64,000 nucleotides of DNA, from positions 1,488,001 through 1,552,000 of the forward strand of contig MU008166.1 in assembly GCA_010909165.1 (NCBI GenBank), written 5' to 3'. A program made the translations under genes and the position numbers. The notes beneath the pieces are model-generated. The model searched no databases. It worked only from the letters and a program-made list of their open reading frames with translations, and was not told where the DNA came from. This DNA is from Anthoceros angustus. Lineage: Eukaryota > Plantae > Anthocerotophyta. Each line of letters starts with the position of its first letter. The first letter of the stretch is position 1. Shown here piece after piece: positions 46,529 through 56,604 of this stretch.

Positions 46529-47110
46529 TACGGAGTAGTCTACCCGCTCAGTGACTCGGGACTGGCGTTAGCAATAGACACACAAGGGCCTGCAAATGTA
46601 ATGCGGCATCAACCCCAAAAGAAGGATCCCTTTACTCGATGGCAATCTCCCTCTTATACTCGTCCTGAGGGAGTGCCTTTATTACACCCCAAATTCAGGC
46701 TAATGGCTAGCTCACTATGCCCAAGCAAGTGGCTCTCCTCTTTCCGTATTTTCCTACCTACGTCTACGGCGGTGGGGCTGTGGTTGACTACGATTTCCCA
46801 CAGCAACCCCAATCCCGGCTACGCACAGCACCCAATCCCGGCTACGCTGCAGGCACCAATCGATGATCCGTGACCCCCGGAGTCCCACGGAGGCTCTTCC
46901 CCTACCCCTAATCCTATCAGGCTGTGCCACTGGAGGTGGACTGACAACTGCTGTTACCACTAAATCCTCCTCCTCGCTATGCACTAGCGCGCTGGTTGGA
47001 CCTCGCCCTTCGGGTCCGTCCGGAGCCCGTTCTTCCTGGGCTGGTCGAGGCTGACTCTCGACCACCCTTACCTCCACTCCCAGGGTCCGAACTACTGGGT
47101 TCGTTCCCTC

Positions 47111-47250
47111 CTCCTGAGTCCGGACCTCGGGGTCCGTCCTCGCCTCCTGAGTCCGGACCTCGGGGTCCGTCCTCGCCTCCTGAGTCCGGACCTCGGGGTC
47201 CATCCTCGCCTCCTGAGTCCGGACCTCGGGGTCCGTCATCTCCTCCTGAT
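47111..47250. repeat. 33-bp tandem repeat x4 (encodes DPEVRTQEAR[T/M] on the minus strand)
   Basis: Unit CTCCTGAGTCCGGACCTCGGGGTCCGTCCTCGC starts at 47111, 47144, 47177 and 47210; no spacers. Confidence 0.92.
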
Positions 47251-47757
47251 TCCGGGTTGCTGGACTCGTGTCCTCCACCGGTCTCCGGATGTCCAAGTTC
47301 GGATTCTCTCCCAAGGGTCTGGCTTCCAAGCCCGGACCCACTCTCCCTTCATCCCCCTGCCTCATCTCCTCCGGCGCTATGTCCCCTACCCGTTCCTCCG
47401 GGGCTCTCCTTCCTACGTCCTCCTCCGAACGTCTCTCTTCCATTCTCTCCTCCGCAGCTCTCTCTCCCACTTCCAGCGTTAGGTGCGACGGACCTACCTC
47501 TAGTCTTGTTGTCTCCGCCGCTCCGCCCTCCTCTCGCCGACGTCCCTCTTCTGGGCCCTCCTCACGCCGACGTCCCTCCTCTGGGCCCTCCTCACTACTG
47601 CTCTCGTCACTGAACAGGGCTCCCAGATTCCCTGTGGCTGCGCTCTCCCCTAGGCCTTTGTCTCTGTGGACAAGGAGAGAACTGTGGACTCCCCCTTAGG
47701 AAGGTAATAGGCGGATTTTTTTGGTTTTTCTTTAGTGTGTGTGTGGAAAATAAGGCG

Positions 47758-48424
47758 GCAAAGGGGAAATAAGGTTGAATAGGGGGAATTGCGATGGACA
47801 AGAGGACGGGAGAAAGCGACCGGGTCGGACACACACGACGCTCCGGAACAGGCCACTCCGGACTAAACTCCGGAGTAGGTCACGGTAAGTCCGATGGAAA
47901 AGGTAACTGCGAAAAAGGGGTGGAGCGTAATAAGCAAGCGGGTCACGTGTACGGTGCTGAGAGAAGGACGGGCATGCAGGGGGCCAGGACCGCAGAGTTG
48001 TCAGCGGCCGTTATAGGTAGGTAACCACGACCCAAGGACATGCGCCAAGAAGGCGGCGGCGTAAAGATAGAGTACACGATGCAGGACTCTAGTAGTGACT
48101 AGCGCAAAGGGAAATAAGGTTGAATAGGGGAATTGCGATGGACAAGAGGACGGAGAAAGCGACCGGTCGGACACACACACGACGCCTCGGAGCCACTCCG
48201 GACTAAACTCGAGTCACAAGTCCGATGGAAAAAGCTGCGAAAAAGGGGTGGGCGTAGTAATAAGCAAGCGGGTCACGTGTACGGTGCTGAGAGAAGGACG
48301 GGCATGCCGGGGGCCAGGACCGCAGAGTTGTCGCCGTTATAGGTAGGTAACCACCAGGACATGCGCCAAGAAGGCGGCGGCGTAAAGATAGAGTACACGA
48401 TGCAGGACTCTAGTAGTGACTAGC
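47758..48424. repeat. ~345-bp direct tandem duplication, second copy indel-rich
   Basis: Copies start GCAAAGGG(G)AAATAAGGTTGAATAGGGG at 47758 and 48104, and both end CTCTAGTAGTGACTAGC. Confidence 0.9.
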
Positions 48425-49822
48425 AGCAAAAGGACGTCTTCCGCGCACGCCCGCCCACGCCGACGCTAAGAAGACCATCCTCTCGGTGACTTCTCGGCGG
48501 TTTTAGCCGGTGCTTAGACATCCCGCTCTTTGGGGCCTTCTCTTCCGACACCCAAGCGCAGCGCCGAGCGGTCTTCGCCTTCGAACAGCACGCTCATCAC
48601 TTTGGAGGAGTCCACAGTTCTTTCCTTGTCCACACCTACGCCGTCTATGGGGAGGTTGTGATCATCGCCCAAGAGAACAGACTGGTATCTTGTGGTTGGG
48701 GAATAAGACTCAAAAGAGTTTTTGTTGAGGCAGATGTGTGAAGTAGCTCCACTGTCTAAATACTAGGAGGGATCATATGATTTTGATGATGCCAGGCAGA
48801 TAGTGAGGGCTGATGGAGTTACTGTAGACTGTCTCTTTACAGCAATATATGCTGCAGGTGGGGCCTCTTTCCTAGGCTCGCCGTTCTTCTTTTTCCTACA
48901 ATCCTTCTCTATGTGGTTAGGAATTCTACACCAATTACAAAATCCTTCTTGTTACCTCTTGCAAGTGTGGAAGAAGATGGTGACTCTCCTATAAGAGTGT
49001 GCTCTATGGGATTAAATAGTCTTGAAGAGAATCCTCTGCCATGGCCTCGGCCTCTACCTCTTCTTGTATACATCACCTTCTGCTTGCTTGGTCGGGAGTC
49101 ATGACGCCGACTTGACTCCTGTATCAATGCTCTAATCAACTCAGTGATACTTATACCCAAGCGATCTTCTGAGTCGTACTTGTCCATATTCTTCTGAGTA
49201 GTCCTCAAAACAGCATTTTGAGTTGTTACAAATGATATGTAGGAGGGTGGTAAGGAGGATAATAGAGCAACAAAACAATTTAACTCGGATAGTTTTGGTG
49301 TTGGATGCAGATTCAAGTTGGGATGGGATCTTGCCATACGAAAAACACTAATATGGTGTTTGATGATGTCACATTCCCTCATCTTGAGATTGTGAAAATT
49401 ACGAGTAGCCGTCATCAAACTCATAACATCCTTGGAGGAGTATAGTTGTGCGAGATGGTCCCACATCTCCTTGGAGGATCCTGCTTTGCTGATTTGCCTC
49501 ACCATGTGTAGTGATAGGCCACTGATCAACATATCTTGGGCCTTCTCGTGGTTGGCATCCCAGGTACGTTTGCCTTTAGTGCCCCAAGTCGGGCGCTCTA
49601 TGTCTCCATTGACAATGTCTCATAGGTCACGGTTGTGCAGGACTCCTCTCATTCGCAGGCGCCAGACGTCGTAGTCCTTGACGTTGAATCTATCCTTCTC
49701 CTTGAAGCCGTCTCCAGAATTATTGACCACTGTTGATTTTGATTCGAGTGAGTCTTTGTTTTTGTTGATTTCCTCGTCGAGTTGCTCTTCCTCTTAACCC
49801 CGATCAGCCATGGCAGGTGAAT

Positions 49823-50215
49823 TCATAGGGCATGACTATAGTGTGCGCGTGCTGGTTTGGAGAAATTCATATACATCGGATTCTCTGCATCTTCATCGGA
49901 GTCAAAAACTACAGCCTCAATGTGAGACGGATGAGGAGAAATATTAGCAGATGAGAGAGAAATTGTACAATTTAATTCATCAATTGTATTACTACGCTGA
50001 CAGACTTCATTGGTTAATTGAGAAATTCTGTCTTCAACAAATTGTGAAATTTGTTTTATATCAAAATTGATAGAATTAATACTATTTTGAATTTCTTCAG
50101 CGCTTGAATGCAATTTCTTTTGGAGTCTATGGTTGTGATCCTTATGTTGTTTCTCTTGTCTTGCCGCTCTGAATTTCCTCCAATATCCTTGTTTACCAGG
50201 ATTGATGGAATCCAT
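49823..50215 (-). CDS. Uncharacterised 130-aa ORF with a coiled-coil-like middle, immediately upstream of copia gag
   Basis: ATG-initiated and uninterrupted; heptad-like EEIQNSINSINFDIKQISQFVEDRISQLTNEV; stop is 11 nt before the gag ATG. No family recognised. Confidence 0.4.
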   Translation of the reverse strand: MDSINPGKQGYWRKFRAARQEKQHKDHNHRLQKKLHSSAEEIQNSINSINFDIKQISQFVEDRISQLTNEVCQRSNTIDELNCTISLSSANISPHPSHIEAVVFDSDEDAENPMYMNFSKPARAHYSHAL

Positions 50216-50609
50216 GGTAAATGAACAAGGATTGGATGCACAAATTGTGCATCATGTAATTGCTAATTTGAGCATCTTGCAATTGCTGCTGAAATCCCAA
50301 TCTTCATAAAACATACGTGAAGATTAGATAATCTAGAATAGAAAACACATTAGGCATTTGATGAATTCATGGGAACGGCGATCCTCCACAAGGCGGCGAC
50401 AGTAGGTGACGCATCTTCCTCTACCTCCGTGGTTTGCAGGCCATTTATTCTTCCTGCATATGACATTGTGGGTGCAGTAGGTGACTTTAGGTAGGGAGCT
50501 GAGTTGCTCCTCTCCACCTCGACCCCCTGGTCCCCTTTGGTTGTCCCCTTTTGGATGGGCTTTTCCCATCGCTTTTTCACCTGAATAAAAACCTTTCTCT
50601 TTTTCAGAG

Positions 50610-50652
50610 ATATATATATACATATATACATATATGTATATATATATACACA
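50610..50652. repeat. Imperfect (TA)n microsatellite
   Basis: ATATATATATACATATATACATATATGTATATATATACACAC. Confidence 0.85.
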
Positions 50653-50877
50653 CTTATATAGCTATAAGCTTAGCATTTGCTTACCTAAACCTATCCTTGC
50701 ACAGCTATTCTGGAAGTCAGTATTATCAGCTTAGCTATCTATATATGTACCTAAGTATCCATCAAACCTTCCGTGGTAAACGTGAGATTTGAACTTCGGT
50801 ACCTCTTTGCCATCGCGTACCCTCTGAATTTGTCCTTCTGCCTCTGGGAGGTGCCAGGTGCCTTTCTCGGGAGAGCC

Positions 50878-52028
50878 ATGACAACAGCTGCACGGCCAAC
50901 ATGGGCGCCGGCCAAGGGTGGCCATGAGCAGGGGGGAGTGCGCATGTTCGGGCCGTCCCAGAAGTTTTCTTCGCGGGATCTCGCTTCTCACACCGCTCTC
51001 AAGCTCAGGTATGGCTGCAAGGTGTTGATAGCGATTTAGTGATCAATGTGTGTCTGGTTGTGGAGTGTTGTGGTGCACGCTGGGTCAATTCTCGGAGCGA
51101 TGGTATTCCCATTGCTGGTTGCCCTAATTGGGGATGAAAACTGTTTTGCTGCGCAGGAAGGATGGGCAGGACACAACTGAGGAGTTGAGGAAGCGGAATA
51201 TCAGGGAAGAGCTCGAGGATCGGGAGAGAAGGCACTTCTCTTCCAAGGACCGGAGTTACGCCTCGTCAAGCCTGAAAAGAGAGGAGGAAAAGCTCTTAGC
51301 CATCAAGAACATAGATGCAGACGACTCGGATGTGGAGGCTCAAGCTTCGGACGAGAGGTATGTGTGTGTGTGCCTGTTGTGAACGATTTGCTAGCTCACC
51401 TGGATGACGGATTGATGGTCGTCATGGTAAGTATCTCCCTTGACAAATTAGGGTTTCGTTTCGTTTCTGCAATTGATGACGATGCAGTGATGACGATGAC
51501 GACGAGGATGAGACTGCTGCCTTGATGGCGGAATTGGAGCGAATAAAAAAGGAACGGGCTGAGGAGGCTCTGCGCAAGGTCAGTTGTTCTCGTCAGTTGT
51601 TCTTGTGACAGATGTGGCAAGGTGCTTGTTGAGACCCTGGACGCTCATACCGGGGTCCAGGGATACAAGGGTTTAGGGTGATGCGCAAGGGTTTTCTTAC
51701 ACTGTTTCGTGCATGCAGGAAAGGCAGCAGCAAGAGGACGAAATGAAAGTCAAGGAAGCTGAGATGATTCGAGGAAACCCTCTGATGAATTCCACATCCT
51801 TTGCAGTCAAGCGGAGGTACTGCCATAGCTATTGCTTCAGTGTTTCTGTTAAGGACTTTCGTCCTTCATTTGTGTCTCACTACCTTCTCTGCCTTGGTGC
51901 ACAGGTGGGATGAGGATGTTGTGTTCAAAAATCAAGCTCGAGGGGAACCAAAGATGTCCAAGCGCTTCATCAACGACACAATACGAAACGACTTCCACAG
52001 AAAGTTCTTGAACAAGTACATGAAGTAG
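50878..52028 (+). CDS. CWC15: Spliceosome-associated protein CWC15, 5 exons
   Basis: [106 protein letters not shown]. Confidence 0.97.
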
Positions 52029-52089
52029 GAGGCCTGTCATACCCCTTACTGGCGGGGAATCTAGGAAGCTTGTTCCTTGAGACTGGGAT

Positions 52090-52360
52090 GGTACATCCTT
52101 TGCAGTAAAGCGGAGGTACTGCCATTTCTATTGCTTGAGTGCTCCTGATAAGAATTTTCGTCCCTCATTGGTGTCTCACTGCCTTCTCTGCCTGGGTGCG
52201 CAGGTGGTATGACGATGTTGTGTTTAAGAATCAAGCTCGAGGGGAACCAAAGGTGGCCAAGCGCTTCATCAGTGACATAATGCGAAACGACTTCCCCAGG
52301 AAGTTCTTGAACAAATACAAGCCTCTTACTGGTGGGGAGGCTAGGAAGCTTGCTCCTTGA
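52090..52360 (+). pseudogene. Partial tandem duplicate of the CWC15 3' end (exon-4 tail, intron 4, terminal exon)
   Basis: Second ACATCCTTTGCAGT.AAGCGGAG|GTACTG...CAG|GTGG block encoding [51 protein letters not shown]; differs mainly by substitutions. Confidence 0.8.
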
Positions 52361-53072
52361 GAGTTCTTGAAATGCGGACCGTGCCTCCTATTCTTGGAGG
52401 CTCTGTTCTTTGTACAGTAGCGAATACAGTCAGAACAGAGTGTGACGGTAGCTCTACCCGTGCGCTTTTCCCTTCTGTGCGTATCGTGTGTGCTTTTCCT
52501 TGTCTACCTTTTGTGTGCACTTGACAGTAGCTCTAGCCGTGCCCCTTTTCCCATCTGTCTGCATCGTGTGCGCTTTCCCTTGTCTGCTTGTTGGGCGCGA
52601 ACAGGAACATGGGGATGGTTGACACGGTGGAGAAAAAAAGGGGGCCAGTTGCCGGCGAGTTGGTCGCCCGGAAAGGAGAGCTGGGTATGGTGAGCAGGCG
52701 GTTTAATTTCTAGATGACGTTTAGGCGACGAGGCAAGTTCCGGCCAGCAAGCTGCTAGCATGCAACCCAGGAGGTTCGACCCCAGTAGTTACCTTTCGTA
52801 CGGATCGATGAATTGACGATCGAGAATTTGTGGGCGAATTTGTGGGTCCACCTCTGCTTTCAGGGGTCTTGTTCTGCTGGGTAGCCTGTTGCTGTTGAAA
52901 GAGATTTCTCATCGCACACTGGCACCTTTAGGCACGGCATTGCAGCACAGTTCACACTTGACATGACGGGATCGGTCGTGGGGTTAAATGCCGAACAAAC
53001 GTAAGACAGACATGATGAAAAGCTTCCATTCTTGCCTAGGCATACGCAGACACACTGGCCCTCTCACCAGAG

Positions 53073-55981
53073 ATGACAAGAGGAACGCGGGGATCTTGTT
53101 TCAGATATGTGTTCACTCAGGTTCTCAAGTTTTCTATGGGGGTGATATTGGTCTGGTGGCTCGCACTTTGGGTGCTGAGGCTATTTGCACGAGGATGGAA
53201 ACCTATAAGCATTTCAGTGACTCAAGCGACGGATTGGAAATCGGTGTACGGGAACTCAGGTGATGGATCGACCTTCTCTCTTGAAGTTGCGTTCGATTCA
53301 TGGTACAATTTTTGAGCACTTGTGATGACTTCAAGAAAGTGGTCACTGAGTTCATCACACTTGTCATATCCTACAGCTGGCTACTTCCTCCTGTTCGATG
53401 CTCCCGTCTTTGCAATTGTATTATTGGCTGCTCTGTACCTGGAGCTCAAGCAAACAACATGTGCCCCACAACTCAAGCTGTAAGCTGCAACGGAGTTGAG
53501 ATCATTCTATTTCACTCTTCCAGATGAAATCTGCTGCCTTGTTGGGAATGTTCCACACAAGAATCCTTAATTGCTTGTCAGGCCTGATTGGAGGAGGGGG
53601 CAACGTCGAGTAAGCACATTCACATACCCATTGATCATTCATGGGCCTCTAGGCATTGTGACAGCAGCGGAGTTCCTGGCTTTGGTGTCCTTTCTCATCT
53701 TGCTTACTGTGATCGAGAGCTTCTACTGGAAATACGAATTTGAGGGTGTGGCCCCCAGAATTGTCAGGAAAACGTAATTCTTAGTATAAACCTCTCTTCC
53801 AGCTATGTTCCAAACTGTTCCGCAGGTTTCTGTCCTTCATTTCCTACCTAACCACTTGGCGCAGTCCCACATTGTTGTATTCTCCTTATCGAACACTCTC
53901 AAAGATATAGTAAGTACCTGTTGTCAAGCTGAAGGCCTTGTTCGCATTCAGGTGGCAGGCAAAACTGGACAGTGCGAGCCATAAAACAGGCCACGCGGCA
54001 TTGGTGTGCCTGGCATTCATCTTTTTCCCAGTCACCAGAGGATCCATGCTTCTGCGGCTCATCGACATTCCATTCGATCAAGCAGTCAAGTACCACAAAT
54101 GGTTGGCCAACATCATGATGGTCGCCGTCCTCGCCCACGCCATAACCTGCTCGATGTACATGCACATGGTCGGCCACAATCTCTGGGCCTCGGTGAGGTT
54201 CTCCGCCATCGCTTACGAGAGTGTCTTTCAGGAATACTGCTGTATTCAGAGAACTCCTAAGTAACACCCTACTGGTTTCAACACGCAGCTCTCCGAATGG
54301 AACAAGACCGGCTTGAATAACCTTGCCGGAACCATAGCTGCCCTTACAGGAATTCTCATATGGGCCACAAGCCTGTCACAAACTCGGAAACAACTGTTTG
54401 AGGTTTTCTACACGGTTCACCAGCTCTACATAATCTTTGTGGTGTTCACTGCGCTGCACGTAGGGGAGAAAATGTTCGACTTTGTCATGGCTGGCATCTT
54501 CCTCTTCTTTCTTGACCGCCTCCTTAGATTCACACAGTCCCAAAAAGCTGTGGATCTGCTGTCAGTCCGCAGCTATCCAGATGACACAGTGGAGTTGGTT
54601 CTCGCCAGGCACCCAAGTACAACCTCCCCGGTCTCCATGCTAATCATTGCCTTGGACCTGCATCTATCTCACTGATCATGTTCCGCAGGTCTCGAGTACA
54701 CTCCAGCCAGTTTTCTATTCGTGCGAATCCCGACTATATCCCGATGGCAGTGGCATCCCTTCACAATCACCTCAAGTTCCAGTAAAGATGACCACGTTAC
54801 CATCCTTGTGAAGGCTGTCAAGCGGCAAGGGGCCTGGACACGCCAGCTCAAGCACATGGTGGATTCTCATTTCTCACCATCTTCTTCCGAATTGCCACCT
54901 TCTGTCTCTGTCGAGGGTCCCTACGGCCACCACCAAAGCTACTTTCTACGGTACTTTCCCTCCATCCTTCCACCACCTAAAGTTGAGAGCGATAGCTCGG
55001 CTCAAGCCACCACAACCACAATACAGAACTGATGAAGTGTCCCTGTTCTGAGCCAGCAGGTACCGATCCTTGATCCTGGTGGCTGGAGGAAGCGGCATCA
55101 CACCCTTCATTGCCATACTACAAGACATTCTCCAGCGACCCCAGATGCAACAGCCTTGTTTACCAATAGACGTGACTCTTACATGGGCAGTGAAGACATC
55201 CTCCGAGATCCAGGTCCTGACAAACTCTCTGACGCTGCCAGCCACTGACCACAAAACCCCAATCACCTTAGACCTGCAGGCGTTCGTGACCGACAAGGTG
55301 TGCCCGGATTGGGAAGGCCACCACGTGCAAAAGGTGGACTTCAAGCTCAAAGGCAATGCCCAGCCAGCAGGTCTTAACTCTGCAGTCTCCAACTGGGGTG
55401 CGGTAACCATGCCAGCAGGTTGCGTGCTAGGTTACCTGTGCATATGGGGGGCCATCTCACATTACCACATCCAGCTGTGGGAACCCGAGTGGGCACAAAC
55501 CCTGCTCAGACTCTTGTCCATAGCTCTGGCTGCCGCGATCTTTGGAGGAGTTAGCCTTCTACTCTCCTTCGCCGCCAAACTGCCTGAGAGATCAGCGGAC
55601 AAACTGCCTGAGAGATCAGCGGACAAACTGCCTGAGAGATCAGCGGACAAACTGCAGCAACGCGGCGTACTTAGCAAGCCAGTCCTGCGAGTCCATCACG
55701 GACAGCGGCCTAATTTAGAAGGTAAACGCAGCACTGACATGAACTAAAAATTCAGCTGGCTGAAAAGACGCCGCTAATCGGCACGACGTAACACCATTGA
55801 TTACTTGTTTGCAGAAATATTCGAACAGGCGGCAAAGAGACTGGGGGGGGAACATGTGGGAGTGTTGGTGTGTGGACCTGTGAAGATGCAACAGTCTGTG
55901 GCCGAGGAATGTCGAAGGCACAGCTCCTTGCTGGGAAGCAAGATTGCCTTCCACTTCCACTGCCTGAGCTTCCACTTGTGA
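53073..55981 (+). CDS. FRO: Ferric reduction oxidase (ferric-chelate reductase)
   Basis: GPLGIVTAAEF, FFPVTRGSMLLRLI..YHKWL, FEVFYTVHQLY, FLDRLLRF, FAD motif WQWHPFTITS, VEGPYG, NADPH motif LVAGGSGITPF, GVLVCGP, FHFHCLSFHL*. The exact start codon is uncertain. Confidence 0.95.
55577..55655 (+). repeat. In-frame 24-bp repeat x3 in FRO (KLPERSAD)
   Basis: AAACTGCCTGAGAGATCAGCGGAC occurs three times perfectly, plus a partial fourth copy. Confidence 0.95.
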
Positions 55982-56253
55982 TGATACAGGGAAGAGCAGA
56001 CAATCTTAACAAAACAGTAGACGGATGAAGGGGACGCTTGCGAGGAAACTGGACGCTTTCAATTGAAGCAAAAAATGATGTGCCGACTTGTCTCAATCTG
56101 TCAAAACCGCTGCCTAGACAAGTAACCTCATCCCAACTTATTCAATTGCCCCTTACTGAAGAGCCGGTAAAGGGATAATGTAAAATCAGCCTCTTCTCTG
56201 CGTGACGCCTTTAGAACAACAACATGGGAGCTGCCAAGGCTTCCTCACCTGCC

Positions 56254-56604
56254 TCATTCAGAGGTGGACTTCTTCAAGTAGGCAATCAAGTCTGCACGCT
56301 CCTGAGGCTTCTTCAGCCCTGGGAACACCATCTTCGTGCCCGGAATGTACTTCTTCGGGTTCCACAAGTACTCGTACAGAGTGTCTTCATCCCAGTGCAC
56401 GGCCTTGGTTTTGTTGGCGCTCGAGTAGGAGTACCCTTCCGCCGTCCCGGATTGCCTACCAATCAGGCCGTGGAGATTCGGGCCCTGCCGGTGGCCGGCA
56501 CCTTTCTCCACGACGTGGCATTGAGAACACTTGGTCTTGAAGATTTTCTCTCCTGCCTTCTCGTTACCCTCTGGTGCTTCCTTGAACGAACCGCAAGACG
56601 CCAT
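56254..56604 (-). CDS. CYTC: Mitochondrial cytochrome c, intronless CDS
   Basis: 116-aa ORF with heme motif [48 protein letters not shown]. Probable 5'-UTR intron donor GTAAGT at 56754. Confidence 0.98.
   Translation of the reverse strand: MASCGSFKEAPEGNEKAGEKIFKTKCSQCHVVEKGAGHRQGPNLHGLIGRQSGTAEGYSYSSANKTKAVHWDEDTLYEYLWNPKKYIPGTKMVFPGLKKPQERADLIAYLKKSTSE

Larger units (their letters stand above)
45424..48634 (-). mobile_element. Solo LTR (gypsy family related to 28003-36932) with 5-bp TSD CCTAC
   Basis: TGTGG...CCACA termini; CCTAC at 45419-45423 and 48635-48639. The U5 end shares TGTCGTTG..GGG..CCAAGGGAATGA with the other LTR family. TATA-like motif at ~46655. Confidence 0.88.
45345..49811 (-). 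mobile_element. Ty1/copia remnant 2 (gag, zinc knuckle, protease) split by a solo LTR
   Basis: ATG at 49811; FKEKDRFNVKDYDVWRLRM, SSKEMWDHLAQLY, ALLSSLPPSY; knuckle CNWCRIPNHIEKDC; protease YLDSGATSHICLNKNSF..LPIDGVG continues as HVVLG..VLHVPS at 45418-45355. Confidence 0.9.

Noticed and set aside
47111-47250. 33-bp repeats superficially like a CRISPR array
   Set aside because: Units are contiguous with no unique spacers, lie inside a eukaryotic LTR, and there are no cas genes.
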